This document shows, in pieces, positions 24,166 to 38,100 of a stretch of DNA of 64,000 nt. The number at the start of each line of letters is the position of its first letter. The first letter of the stretch is position 1. Under the pieces are notes generated by a model, which did not search any database, was not told the DNA's origin, and saw only the letters and a list, made by a program, of their open reading frames with translations. The DNA is from Eledone cirrhosa. Lineage: Eukaryota. The stretch lies in assembly GCA_964016885.1 (NCBI GenBank), contig OZ024741.1, positions 160,828,001-160,892,000 of the forward strand, read 5' to 3'. Both the position numbers and the translations under genes were made by a program.

Positions 24166-27100
24166 TACTGTTTTCACCCTTTTTAAGAAAAAAAAAAAGA
24201 AACAAATTAGATTTTTATTCTACACCCTCCTCTTTTTTCAATTGATAATGTTCATCCATTGTCACTCTTTCAGCTTGATAATAGACCTCTCTGCTTATTC
24301 TATTCATGTTTTTATTTATTATTTTTTTTTTTCTGTTTTGACTGTATCTAGAAACTTCCATATCATCTACACAACTATAATTTTTCACCCCTTCCTTGGC
24401 AGGAAGGTGGCGAATTGGCAGTCATTAGAGCGTCATGATTAAATTCCTTGGTACCCAATCCAGTGCTGTGTGTTCCAACTTCAAACTCTGCCTTCTGCCA
24501 GGCATTGCAACCAGCAGATAGTATCAGCAATGGAAAGACCAATGGAAGCATTGTTTCCTTGGTTCTATCTGACAATTGACTCCTTTCCTTCTCTTTACAT
24601 GCTCATTATGTTTCCTTGATCTCTCTCTATTCATTTAATCCTAAACTAGAATGAATTTTTTCCAATCAAATTCTTGGTATTTTCTGCAATGTATTAACAA
24701 AAATAGGGTAATAAGACACTTTATTTCGTATTGCTTCAGTCCATTCAGTTGGAAAAAATGAGTTGCAATGACGCTGGTGCCAAGTTGTATCGTCCCTTGG
24801 GCAACAGAGGTGGAGTAGAGATGGGGAGACTGGCATACATGGGTGACTGCTGGTCTTCCATGGAACAGCTTGCCTGGGCTTGTGCTTTGGAGAAGAACTT
24901 TCTAAGGTGCAAGCTTATGGCCAGTTATGACTGAAGAGGGGTGGGGTCCAGTGTAACTAAGCAACTATTGTTTAATGTATTTTACTACTAATGCTAGTTA
25001 GGTTACAATATTGTGCAGATTAAAATCAAACAAAGAATATTGACTTTTTTTCCTTGGTTAATCCACTGGTATTTTGTTTGATTATGGTTGGCTTCAGAGT
25101 AATTCCCCAGACACACACATGGCTCTTGGCATACAACTGTCTTTCTTTTTAATGGATGTAATGATTATGAAATAAAATTAGATCAAATTTTTTATTTTCC
25201 CTCTCTCTATATCTATATATAAATATGTATGTGTGTGTATACATGTGTATATGTACACATGTCTTTAACTCTTTTGATACCGATCTGCCTGAGGCTGCTG
25301 CCTCTAGTTCTATGCTATAAATAACCAGTTTCTATTCGTATTAAAATTTAAAGTATTGCATTTTATTTAACATCTTTGGTAAGCTATTTTCTAAATGCAA
25401 GCCTAATGAAAAAAAAATATTTTACGAGATCCTCCAAGTCATTGACCCCCCCCCCCCCCCCCAAAAAAAAAACCCCCAACAAAAAACAAAATGAAGCACC
25501 TTACATTGTACAAATACACTTGGAGACTATGGTCTCCAGAGGGTTGAGGTAGTTCTACATACAGATAGGCAGCTGAATATATATATTACCTTAGTGATGC
25601 TGTTGGTCTGTAGGTTGTATTTCTCTGCTAACTTCCCTCCTTTTGTCTGTTAGCTCCATATTCCTTAAAACAACACAGGCATTATAAGGCCATTTTCCTC
25701 TGGTAAAGCAGGAATTATTAGCCTTGTTGGGAAGCCCACAACAGGCTGCATACTTGTCATGGGGTCCATTTTGAGGCATTCTTTTACTGACAAATGCTTT
25801 TACTGGCACCAGTCTTTGCCTCTTACAACACACAGGGGTTATAGTATATTTATTCTAAACTAGATGCACACAGCAAACTCATTATTTACTTTCTCACATA
25901 TGTATGTGGGGTTTTCTTTTGAGCTCTCTTGGTTTAAAATCCATTATCTTCCTGTTGAAGCATCCCATCAGTTTCAAGTTGATTGCAGTGTTTCATTGTG
26001 TATCTAATGAATGACATTTTCATCTGATAATATTGGCCATGGATTTGTTTACTAATAAACAAAATTTTTTTTTTAACACACCTTCATTTTAGGAGAAAAA
26101 AAAGTAGGAAACCCACAAGGTATTAAATCGCCTTCATAGCGAGGAGGTTCTTCTGTAACACATTTCATACACTAATATATTCATTGAAATACTTTGATTC
26201 CAAAATTGTATGTATATAGTAAATGAAAATATTAACTTATCCCTCCTAGTGTAAAACATTGTATGGAGTTTGAAATAAATTCTAAATGGTATGACTGTTT
26301 ATTTCCAAATGTCATTTTTTTTCTTTTACATATAGTTTATATGATACATCCATACATACATACATACATACATACACACACATGTATGCATATAGAGGCA
26401 CAGACGCATGTAAATGCATACATGTGTGTATATACATATGCATGTGTATTGTTTTTTGTTTGCATTTTTTTTTTTTTTTTTTTTTTTTTTTCGCTTGTTA
26501 CTTTGGTATTTTATCAACCTTCAGAAGGATGAAAGGCAGTCAAGTACTGGGATTGATTTAATTGACCTCCCCATTTATGGCCAATTGCTGCTTTGTGCCT
26601 AAATTAGTAAACAATGTTTATTTCTCTCTTCGATAGTTACAGAAAAATGACAGTATCAAACTTTTGGGTTAATTTCTGGCAGGAAGCCATTTGAACTACC
26701 TCATTTTCAAATTTATTTTTATTTAATAAGTTGTATTATTTAAAAGCTAACAAAATATTTGCTATAGTTTACATATTTCCTTGCTGTGTATGGCTTTACT
26801 TTTGTTCTATGAAAAATAAAAGAATTGAGTGGTCTTTGTGTGAATCTGTTAATAAGTAAAAAAAATTTAAATATAATTCATGTCTACTAGTTACGCATTG
26901 CATTTGGTGCAGTGTCTTGGTTGTCATGCTCAATGCAATGTTTCATTTCCAGTCAAATTGCAAGTGCCTTGAGTTTTGTATAAAGTGAAAGCTATTTAAT
27001 TTAGTGCTTCTTCTTGGTGGTATTAGAATATTTTCTAAATTTTTCCAACTCAACTGGCCTATATTAACAGGAAAATGACATCCATTTGAGTTTAACCCTT

Positions 27101-29604
27101 CTGATACCAAACTGCCCCTGGTTCTGATAAATGTTTAAAGAATATATTTATCTAAAAATCTTCCATCATAATTATATGTAAGAACATTTACTTTAAACAC
27201 TAGCTTTATAATAAAGCCTTTTTTTAAAAATATATTACTAAGTTAATTCTTGATTTCCAAAATTGAAAACCATGGGCATAAGTAATGAAAGGGTTATTTT
27301 TTAAAAATAGCTCCTGTGATCCTTAATATTTTGGGCATTACTGGTTACTCCATAATCTTTCATATTACATTATGATCTTATTGCTTTCATAACTGAGTTG
27401 TGTGAGATATATATATACACTCCCCTTTCCCTCATGTAAACTTATAGGCGGTTCACTTCATTAGAAATGCAATATGTATGAAATATGAGAAATTGTGAAT
27501 CCTAAAACCAGGATGATTTCAAGTGAGTTGCTTTCAAAATGGTTAAAGCGGTCATGTTATTCAAGACTTTGTAGACGCAGGAATGTCTGCTTTGCAATCA
27601 TGAGGTTTCGGGTTCAATCCCACTGTATGGCATCTTGGGCAGGTGTCATTTACCATAGTCTTAGGTCAACCAAAGACAGTGAAATTGAGTAGACAAACTA
27701 TATGGAAGCCCATTGGCTGGATTGTATTTGTCCCTGAAATTCAAAGGTCATGCTGACTTGGTTTGGGAATTATGTTAAGCATACATGTCTATGGAATATT
27801 CAACCACTTGCATATTAATTCAAAAGTTGCACATTCATTTGATTAAATGTGAATGCTCATCAACACCAACTGAAGATCCACCATGTTATCATCCACTAAT
27901 CTTGCAACAGTCTTATTTGAAATACAAAGATGCGGCTTTCAACATCGGTGGGTCTTCTACTTTTAAATTTGAAGACAAGCTGTTTGTTTTTACTGTGGTA
28001 GCCTTAATCGCCTGGTTTAACATTTCTTTTACTGCAGTAGCCTTAATCTATTGTCTGGTTTAACACCATGAGCTGACCTTCGAGTGCTTTTTGCAGTGTC
28101 CACTCTGTTGCAAGCATTCAGGCCAGATCTGATTTGAGGATACTTCCTCACTCTTTCACACTTCTTGAAGGCCCCAAAAGGGATCATGGGCACTACCCTT
28201 CCTTACTCAACTAAATTGTAAAAGTAATAATAATATTAGCTACAGACAGGAGAAATTTGTTTATACAGCCATTGTAGGTTAGCAGTTTTCAATTTTAGTG
28301 GACAGTAAATTAAGTGATTAGAATTAAATGTTACCTTTGAGTTGTTTAATTTGTAGCAGAATATCTTGTATTGTTCTTATGGCAGCATGAAAGTGGTACA
28401 AAACATCCTGCTTTGAATCTGTTGTCTTAATTCTGTGGCAGAGATGTTATCCTGAAATATGACCATTAAACAACTCCAGGGTAACATTCCAACATCTTTG
28501 ATATTTAATATATTTAAAATATATTAGACATTAACAGATTAATAAAATAAGAGTTAGGTTTTTATATTGCTGCTCTGGTTTCAAAGATAAAACGTTTGGA
28601 ATAGGTTTATTTTTATTGTATGCAATAACGTTTAGCTTGGCCATACAATGAATTCAAAACTTTGTATTTAAAAATTAATAAAATGCCTTCAGATTAATAT
28701 TGTGTTTTTCTTTTTCATAGTCAGTTTGTTATTGATGCAACATGGCTAAATGGTTAAGTTTGCTTTGCAATCGATAGGTCCTGGATTTAATTGCACTGCT
28801 TGGCACCTTTGGCAAGTGTAATTTACTGTCTTATGTGTGAAGTTGGGTAGACAAACTGTTCAGAAGCCTGTGGGGTGGATTGTATCTAATTCAAAAGGCC
28901 AGAGAATTACATTGAGGATACATTTGTCTGGAATGGTTAATCACTTACACATTAATTCACAAGCAGTGGACCAAACACCTTGAACTCATCATAACTGACG
29001 TAGTCTTGTTGCATCAACTTAGTAATGCCTAATATTGAATTTTGGTTGGTGAGGGATAGTAGACTAATTAAAATTAACTTTAGAAGGCAATGGATTTGTA
29101 GAGTGTTGAATTAAATGCCTGAGCATTTGTTCCAGCTCTACTCTGAACAGATTCTAGTGAAGTCAGCTTTGCCTTTAATCCTTGAGTAGGTGGGAGTAGT
29201 ATAGTACTTGTGCCACTGGATTGGCATAGTCGGGTGGGATGCTTGGTGGTATCTCTTGACTTTGTGTATTCACAGTTCAAAGATTTTCACTGGAAAAGCA
29301 GTGAAACTTCAGCTAACAGTTGGGGCCTACAGATAGTATTAGCAATGGAAAGACCAGTAGAAAATGGTTTCATTGGTCTGATTTGATTCCTTTTTCTATG
29401 ATTTTGTTCCTGCAGTAAAACGTTTGTATAAAAAAGAACACTGTATTATTGATATTGGATTGGGTAGGTTTTTAAAGACCATTGGAAATGGTTTTTTCTT
29501 TTCCATTTCTAAATTTATTCCAGCATAATTTTTTTGGAAGAACCCTTAAGTTATATTCCATAGACCAGCTTAATGAAAAAGTTATATTACTAAATTTCTT
29601 CAAA

Positions 29605-30010
29605 TTCTTGATTCTTCTTTGACCACTTACTTGTGAGAGCAGAGTCCTCAGACACACCTTCCAGAGGATCCTATCAAACAACTGTCTGGATGAATTTCCC
29701 AATGTTATCCAACCATCTTGCTTGTGGTTTGCCTGTTGGCTTTGCTCATAAAATCTGTCCAGTGATACTTTCCTTAGACATTCTAACCATACATCTGTAA
29801 TACTGGAGTTGTGATCTCTTGATGTGAAGTAGCAGCTCTACCTGGAGCAAATCTGAGCTATGCACCCTATCAAATAACATTATTCCAAAGATTCTTTGAA
29901 GGAATTCCATCTTTTCTGTTTGTATTCGCAATCATATTTTTTCAGCCATTACCACCAAGATTCATGATTATAGGCATGAACACCAAATTGAAGATAGCAA
30001 GTTTAGCTTT
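29605..30010 (-). mobile_element. RTE LINE 3' fragment (same family as 3600-4042)
   Basis: ORF 29746-29931: MEFLQRIFGIMLFDRVHSS..LQVELLLHIKRSQLQYY. Confidence 0.8.
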
Positions 30011-30369
30011 TATACCTGTTCACTTGATTATTTGAAAGTTACTGACTTTCATTAGAAATATGGTGGTGAATGGTTTAAGAACCAAATTGTAAAAACCTTG
30101 GATATAATGGTTAACAGGAATCGATCTATATTATGCTGATCATAAATATTATAGTGTGAACAATAAATGAAAGGGTTAAAGACTCCATAATTATTTGGTT
30201 GATCAATTAAAAAGATGGCAACTTGATGCTGCAGTATTATATATTTTATTTTATATAGGGTTGCTCAGTTCAAGAATTTAGTAAAGACCTATAAGCAATG
30301 AAAGAAGAGCTTTATTTGAGGAAAAATTGGCTAGAATAATCTTGAGATTCTTCTTGATGAATCTGCCAT

Positions 30370-30950
30370 AAGCATCAATACAATATCTGTATCAGATGGT
30401 CTTTGTCTATTTTAGACATTGTGCTAGTTATGGCGTACTTAAGAGATTTTATAGTGCTATAGGGGTGTTGCTTAACTTCCCTCTCGATGATGCCCTATAC
30501 ATAGTAGTCCATCGGATTCAGATCTGGAGAGCTAGGAGGCCATATATTTAGGGTGACGTGATTGTAGACATTCATTCTTGGGTCATCTTGGCCTATTGAG
30601 ATGGCACAGTTTTCTTGCTCATGTTCTCTACCCATGGCCTCACAATCCCCTCCTACTCAATCAGTAGCATTGACCATTATGTCCTGAAATCTTCATTGCT
30701 CACATCTCCCAGAACCACAGTTGCCAAAAACTTTGCATGTCCATTGGAATATATTTAATGTCTGTCATACCTTCAGTTGACCTTTTGGTCCTGATCAAAG
30801 TTTTTCTCAGAGAAAAACCAGAGTATTCCAGGCTCTTGATGTTTCAGCTTACTCAACAAACGCTTTGTGTGGATCAGATGATTATCTTTTGTCTTTGCAG
30901 ACATGAATTGGCCTCTTGGCAACACACGACTTATAACGAAAATTGACATG
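30370..30950 (-). mobile_element. Tc1/mariner transposase remnant
   Basis: Minus strand 30542-30501 reads WPPSSPDLNPMDYY, the Tc1/mariner SPDLNP motif. Boundaries are approximate. Confidence 0.75.
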
Positions 30951-32106
30951 ATCAATTAAGGCAGTGTCCTAGCATAGCTGAAACTAGTAAATGAATTCAC
31001 ATACATCATCATCGTTTTTATGTCTGCTTTTCCATGCTTACATGTTTATTATTCTGAATTTATCACAATCATTTTTTCTTCTGTTTTGTTGCAGTTACTA
31101 CTGGTGTCATGACAAAAAAGCATGTAGTGTTACTCTGTAATGTGGCAGTGCTAGTGCCACGATAAAAAAGGACCAAGTATGCATTGAAAAGTTGTAGTGG
31201 AGGAATCATGATAAAAGCTCCCAGTACATGTAATGTGGTTGTTGTTAGGAAGGGCATCCAGCTGTAGAGCAGCCAAAATCAGATCATGTGAGCAAGATGT
31301 AGTCACCTGACCTGACTAGCCTCATAATGTGAATCTGTAATCCATGTAAGCATGGAAAATAGACATTAAACAATGATGATGAATTAATGTCTTTTACGGT
31401 CAGGATCCACTGTTGCATATTTTTAATGAAATACACAGCTTTGTTTAAGGCAGTGGATTGGCAGAATTGTTAGAGTATCAGACAGAAGATCAGAAACCAT
31501 CATTTGTTCTGAGGTCAACTTTGCCTTTCATCCTTCCGGGATTGATAAAATAAGCAGTTAAGTACTGGGATCAACATAATTGACTTTTCCCTTCCATTAA
31601 ATTGCTGGTCTTATGCCAATGTCAGAAAGAAGTATTAAATTAATTCTTAATTATTTGAAAATCATAGGCAGTTTTTTTCATGAGAAATATAGTAATGAAA
31701 GGGTGTTATGCATATGAAATAACACCCTTTATTTTCTTTTAAACAGAACTACTATTAGAATTTTGTATGTATATTAGCTTAAAGGTATGTCCACTTTGAT
31801 GATGTTCAACTATTTTTCATAGTATAAAACCTGTATTGAAGCAATTAACTAAGTTAAGATGTATTTGAAAAACTATTTGTAAAATTGTTGATGTCAATCT
31901 AACCTTTATTATGTGACCAATACATACAACACAAGTTAAGGCAGCACAAGACATGCAGGTTCAACCATATTTTCCCTCTCAAAGAGAGTCCCTTAAAGTA
32001 GAAGTACAGTTTCAAGTAGTCCATAGTTGAATGTGGTGTTGGTTGCTATACAGACTTCTTAGGGACTCAGAAGGCAGTAATCTCTTTTATTCAGAATCCA
32101 TGGTGG

Positions 32107-32186
32107 TTATCTTTTACCTTTCGACTTTTTGCTTTTGGGTGCATATTCCAATCCAGTCACCATTCTTCGTGGAACTTTGTATTTGA
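32107..32186 (-). CDS. EIF2D: eIF2D exon 16 (last)
   Basis: ttatag|..KYKVPRRMVTGLEYAPKSKKSKGKR*. Confidence 0.93.
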
Positions 32187-35100
32187 CTATAACCAACGAA
32201 AATTATTATTAATTATATTGGGAGAATTGTTAGTGCATCAAAGAAATGCTTTGAAGTATTTCTTTACGTTCTGAGTCCAAATCTTACCATGGTCAGCTTT
32301 GCTATTCATCTTTCTGGGGTTGATAAAGTTAAGTACTGGAGTTGATATAATCAACTTTTCTCTTCCCCCCTATTGTTACCCTTGTGTAAATTAATAATAA
32401 AGGAAAGAAGGTGATTGATCAGACCAAGGAAACTATGTATCCAAATGTCTTTCCATTGCTGATACTATTTATCTGGTTGCAGCTCCAGGCAGAAGCCACT
32501 TGGATTTGAATTCAGAATGCACACAGCCAAAACAGATAGTGCAAAGCATTGCATTTGTCACTTAAAATTTGTCACTCTCCCTTGGACAGGTACTTTACTT
32601 ATCGACCTCAACAAGATGAATGGTAAAGTGGACTTTGGCTAGATTACAGAGCTGGAATAAATATTGAAGCATTATTCTGATGTTCAGAGATCCAAAACAA
32701 ATACCAAGGCATTTATCCCTGGCAGAATAATCAACACCTTTCCAGTGGCAGCAAGCAGAATACACAGAGCCAGTACAAACACAGCCAAGTGTCTTATCAG
32801 ATGCTTCAACAATTCCATCAATTGACTGCCTCTAGATGAAGCATTTAACCTAATGATTGTCAATTCAAAAATAATTGAAAAATGTAAAAAATCCTCAATG
32901 ACTAATTACAGGCATGGCTGTTTGGTTAAGGATTTTGCTTCACACCCACGTGGGTCTGGGTTCAGTCCCACTACATGGCACCTTTGCCAAGTGTCTTCTA
33001 ATCTAGCCCTGAGTTGACCAATGACTTGTGAATGGACATTGATAAATGGAAACTGCAGAAGCCCATCATATACATGTATATATGTGTGTGTGTGTGTCCT
33101 TGTCTATGTTTACGTTTGTGTCTGTGTCTTTGTTTATGTTACATAACTTAGCAGTTCAACAAAAAAGATTGATAAAGTAAGTACCAGACTTAAGTACTGG
33201 GGTCGATATGATCGACTAAATTAAGTTGGTGACCCAGCATGGCTGCAGTCAAATGACTGAAACTATTAGAAAAAAAATTCAGAAACCAATATGGTACTTA
33301 CTAATCAGTGCTTTCTCTACAAAATTGACTTGGTTGCCTTGTATCAAAACATGCTTGCTTGTTTCCTGGAATACACTTGTGCTACAAGCTACACCAACAC
33401 TAACATGATGGGCAAATTCTTCTGGACTAATTCCAAATGATTCTAAATTCCGTACAATAGTGACCTAAGAGTAGAAAAACAACAGAAACAGAGACAATAA
33501 CAAGACTGATAACCATTTAACCCTTTAAGGTGCCAAATTGATTCAAATTTATGATACAAAGCCATTTGTTTTAAAGTATTCATATTTAAATTTAACTATT
33601 ATGAAACCAAACCACACCTGGTTCTATGCCTTTTGATACAGGTACAGTCCATCTAATAGAATCCCAAACAGTTTCTATCAACCCAATTTCGCTCACAAGG
33701 CATGGGTCAACCTGATGCTATGATAAATGATACTTGTCCAAGATGCCCCACAGTGGGATCAAGCCTAGAACTTTATGATTTTTAACCATTTGACCACATT
33801 GTGTCCACAAAACAGGAGCGCAACAGCTAAAGTAATGTTTGCAGCTGTGACTCAACCTTTAGACAGAACTATAGGTGTATATGTGTCAACATATACCATG
33901 GATAACAACAACCTATATCATTGCTACCCAAATGATACAATATTGGGAAACATTATCTGACATGCAGAATCTCAAGCACAAGCCACCACATGGCCACAGC
34001 ATATAAATTGGAGAATGCATTACCCGTGATGATAGTGACGGTGATCCGTTGAAACATGACTAATTCACATAGTTAAAAAGCCTTTGTGCCTTAACCCATT
34101 CAATGATAAATTGCCTGAAACCACCCCTGGTTCTACATTATAAAACAGTTTGTTTTAAAGTATTTATATTTATCTAGAAGCCTGACATAATTTTATATAA
34201 GAACCTTCATTAAATTATGTTCAAAACACTAGCTTAATGAGAAAGTTAATTATATTACTAAATCCCTCAAAATTTTTGATTATTTTCAAAATCATTTAAA
34301 AATTATAAATAGTATCATTCATTAGCAATATGGTAATGAAAGGGTTAATCAATTAACTTCTCTCTGTTTACACCTGTACTTCTGTGCCTCTATAGAACTT
34401 TTTACCTTTCCCTTTCTTTCTCCCCACTTCATTTTTGTTATGATGCTCTGGCTTGTGATCTACACCAGTGGTCTCCAACCGGGGTTGATATGAACCCTAT
34501 GGGTTCACTAAAATGTGATGAGACGTGACTAAAAGGGTTGGTTCCAAGAAGGGAATCTGGCTGTAAACCATTGTCTCAAAAAGGATCCCATGACAAGTAT
34601 GAAATCTGTCATGGAGTCTGCAAGGCTAATTTCTGCTTCAGCAAGGAAAATTGCTTTAAAATGTTGTTTGGTTTATTTTGTTTGTCAGCAACTAACTTTT
34701 CAAGCAATTGATGATGGATCATTCCTCATTTTAAACAATGAGAATACTGTTGTTAAAAGAACCCAACACCCAATGCATGAATTAATAGGTATTATTAATA
34801 TGCCAAACCAAATCAGTATTACACAATATGATACAAGGCTGCACATTTGAATTACAAGCAGTCCAGCTGAAAGGTTTTTCCACACAGTTTTTATCAATCC
34901 AATTTCACTCACAAGGCTTAGGTTGACTTATGGCTATGGTAAAAAAGCAAACTTCCTGACCACTCAGCCGTGCAAAGATTCAAGAAATCAAGAAAGAGCA
35001 GTCAGTGAGGAAATGATGAATTCAGTCATATAACTAGAACAATGCTATGTTAAGGCACTAGGGAGTTTAGGGAAGCAGGTATTACAAAGATTCTGAAAAA

Positions 35101-38100
35101 CTTACTCGTTTGTTACTGGCTCTTTTCTGAACTTCGATATTAATATTCTGGAGATGACCTTTCCTTAATATGGGTACTTTTCCAGGAATTTTTAATTCAT
35201 GAGCTACCTGCATGTTTTTCATGAATCTGAAAGAGAAATGCATACATTTAACCCTTTAGCATTTACATTACTCTATATATACTATTGTATTTTTGTGGTA
35301 AAGTCTTTATCTTTCATAATTATCTCACATAATATTGAATCTATGAGATTTTGATATTTATTTTGAGAAGAAAACCTTAATGTTAGTATGAGGGACCGGT
35401 TATGGCCAGTTTGAACAGAAAGAGGTAAGGGAATTCTGGCCAGTTACAGCTGGTTTAAATTCTAAAGGGTTAACCTGTTGAAACTAAGCCATTCCTGGAG
35501 TTACAAAACTGCCAGTTTTAAAGTGTACAAACTTATAACCTCATAATAATTTCATGTAGGAGTTTTTTTTATTATGTTTCAAAAACTTCATAATTAAATC
35601 CTTCAAAATTCATTACTTTCAAAATTATTTGAAAACCACAGTCATTTTCCATTAGAAATATGATAACGAAAGAGTTAAACTTCTATCATAATTGTAAGGA
35701 ACAATTTTTTTGTTAAGTTATGTTTGAAATAACAAGTTTGGAATGAAAAAAATTAATTGACTAAATTTCTCACAAATTCTTGATTAATTTGCAGAGGCAG
35801 TTTTTATCTACTTTGAAATAATAAGGTTGTGAAAGGGTTTTAAATACTATATTCAACATTAACATAACAATCAATAAGATCTCAACAAACCTCTCATATT
35901 AAAAAATAATAATAATGAAAATTCTTGTGTACAGTGCTCGGGAACACTTTGATACCAACTCACATGAGACTGCCCTTGGTTCTGTGATAGGAAGGCTTCT
36001 AAATTTAATGTTTTCTTAATTACTATAGATCCTTCCATCAACATTTCATATCAGAAACATTTGTTAAGCTATGTTCTAAGCACTGCCTTACCACATTTCT
36101 AATAAAAAACACCACCTATGATTTTCAAGTAATTTTGAAAATAATCAAGAATTTGGAAAGATTTTTTCATAATTAAGTCATTGTTTGGAGCATAACTTAA
36201 CAAGGTTCTTACATAAAATTATGATGGAAGGTTTTTAGATAAATATAAACATTTTGAAACAAAACACTTTGTATCATAGAACCAAGGACAGTTTCATGTA
36301 GTTTGTTACCAAACCACCCAAATTCTTCATTATTTCCCCAAATAATTGAAGATATAAAGTTTGTGTTTCAATAGAGATGTTGTCAAAAAAGAGTTAAACT
36401 TACCTTGATATCAGGTCTTTCCAGCCTAAGTAAAATTTGTTGTTTTCACCAGGACGGAGAACAATTGAGGCCAAAACTGGATCTAACTGCACCATACTGC
36501 AACAAGAGGATTTTTGCTGTACTATTTGTATAGATCATCATTATCATCACACCCATTACTAACACCACTAACATCCCATCATCATCAGCAGCACCACTAC
36601 TACCATTACAACTATATGGTTGTAGAACCATGACAAAATATGCATAAGCAAGACATCTTTTTCTGACTCATCTAGTCTTCGATTGTGATGATCTGTCTAT
36701 AGGATCTTGACAGCCCACCCAATGTCCGTATCGGGGATTTAAAAAAGAATCTGATCATCAAATGAAGCAAAGGAAACTATGTTTTTATTGGGTTTTTTTC
36801 CCATGCTGATGCTATCTGTTAGTCACATCTCCAGACAGAATTTGAATTCGGAATACACAGAATCGGATGAGATACTGTAAAGCATCCCATCCAACACTTT
36901 ACCAATTCTGTCAATTCTCTGCCCATGGAATGGTACTTTTAATTATCATCCCTGAAAGGGTGAAAGGTAAAGTTGACCTCAGCAAGATGTGAACTCAATG
37001 CACTGAGAGTCGGAACAAATACAGAAGCATTTAATTCCAATAACTTGGCCAATTAGCTGCCAAGGAATTTAGAAGCTAAAAACACTAGCAAGTGTTAAGG
37101 CCATTTTAGCCTACCAGAGCATGGGTTTGTTTTGCAGGCCCCATGACAGGTTTCATATTCATAATGGGGTCATTTGTAGCATTATTTTATAACTGGATAC
37201 CTTTCCTTGTTCCAACCATTTTAGTTACCTCTTATGGCATGCAGGGATATAGTGACTATTCAAGGAATTTAAAAATAGAAAAAAAACTTAGATAAACTTC
37301 AGACATCTATGATAGTAACAAAATATTTGTATATTCTTACCTATTACTTTTATCATAAGGTAATTGATTTTTCTTTACATAATCTGTGATGACATTTCTC
37401 ACGTCACAGGGTAGCATCGCACTTCCTTTACTGAGTGTTAAAACAGAAAACGATAAATTAGTTAAATTTACAATGACTTCTAATTTAGGCACAAGGCCAT
37501 CAGTTTTGGAAGCCCATCTCAAACCAGTTTTGGTTCTATGAAATATAACTATTATTAACCATCTTTCCAACAACAACCCTGAACACCTTTTTGAATTCCA
37601 TGTCTTTCACCCGTAGACATGCCTACAAAGTTAGAAAACAGCACAACTCCCATGACTTTTGGAAACATTTTTTCACACTCAGAGTTGCTGAAGCATAGAA
37701 CTGACTACCTGCATCAGTTGTTAGCTGTCGGGACACTGCATCTTTTTCAAAACTTCCATGCTTCCCGAAATTCGCCAACACTACACCTGATATTCCCCCT
37801 CCATACACACACACGTGTCTGTATCATGACTCATACACTGTTCACTTTTCTGACATTTGTACATTATTTTAGGATTGGCAGTATCAGTAGAGAGTCGGAC
37901 GCCATGCTTTGCAGCATAGAGTTACGGCCCTATACGTTCTAAGTTCAAATCCCGCTGAGGTTAACTTTGCCTTTCATCCTTACAAGGTCGATAAAATAAA
38001 GCACCAGTAATGTACTGCGGTAATTGCTTGCCTTGTGCCCAAAGTAGAAACAATTATTCTATGTACTATACATGCACCTTTGATGAGTTGTAGTGCACCT

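Noticed and set aside
25591-25833. 80-aa minus-strand ORF with a donor-like site
   Set aside because: No recognisable homology and no partner exons.
27950-28300. Possible mariner remnant (PDL-like motif)
   Set aside because: Too degenerate to support a call.
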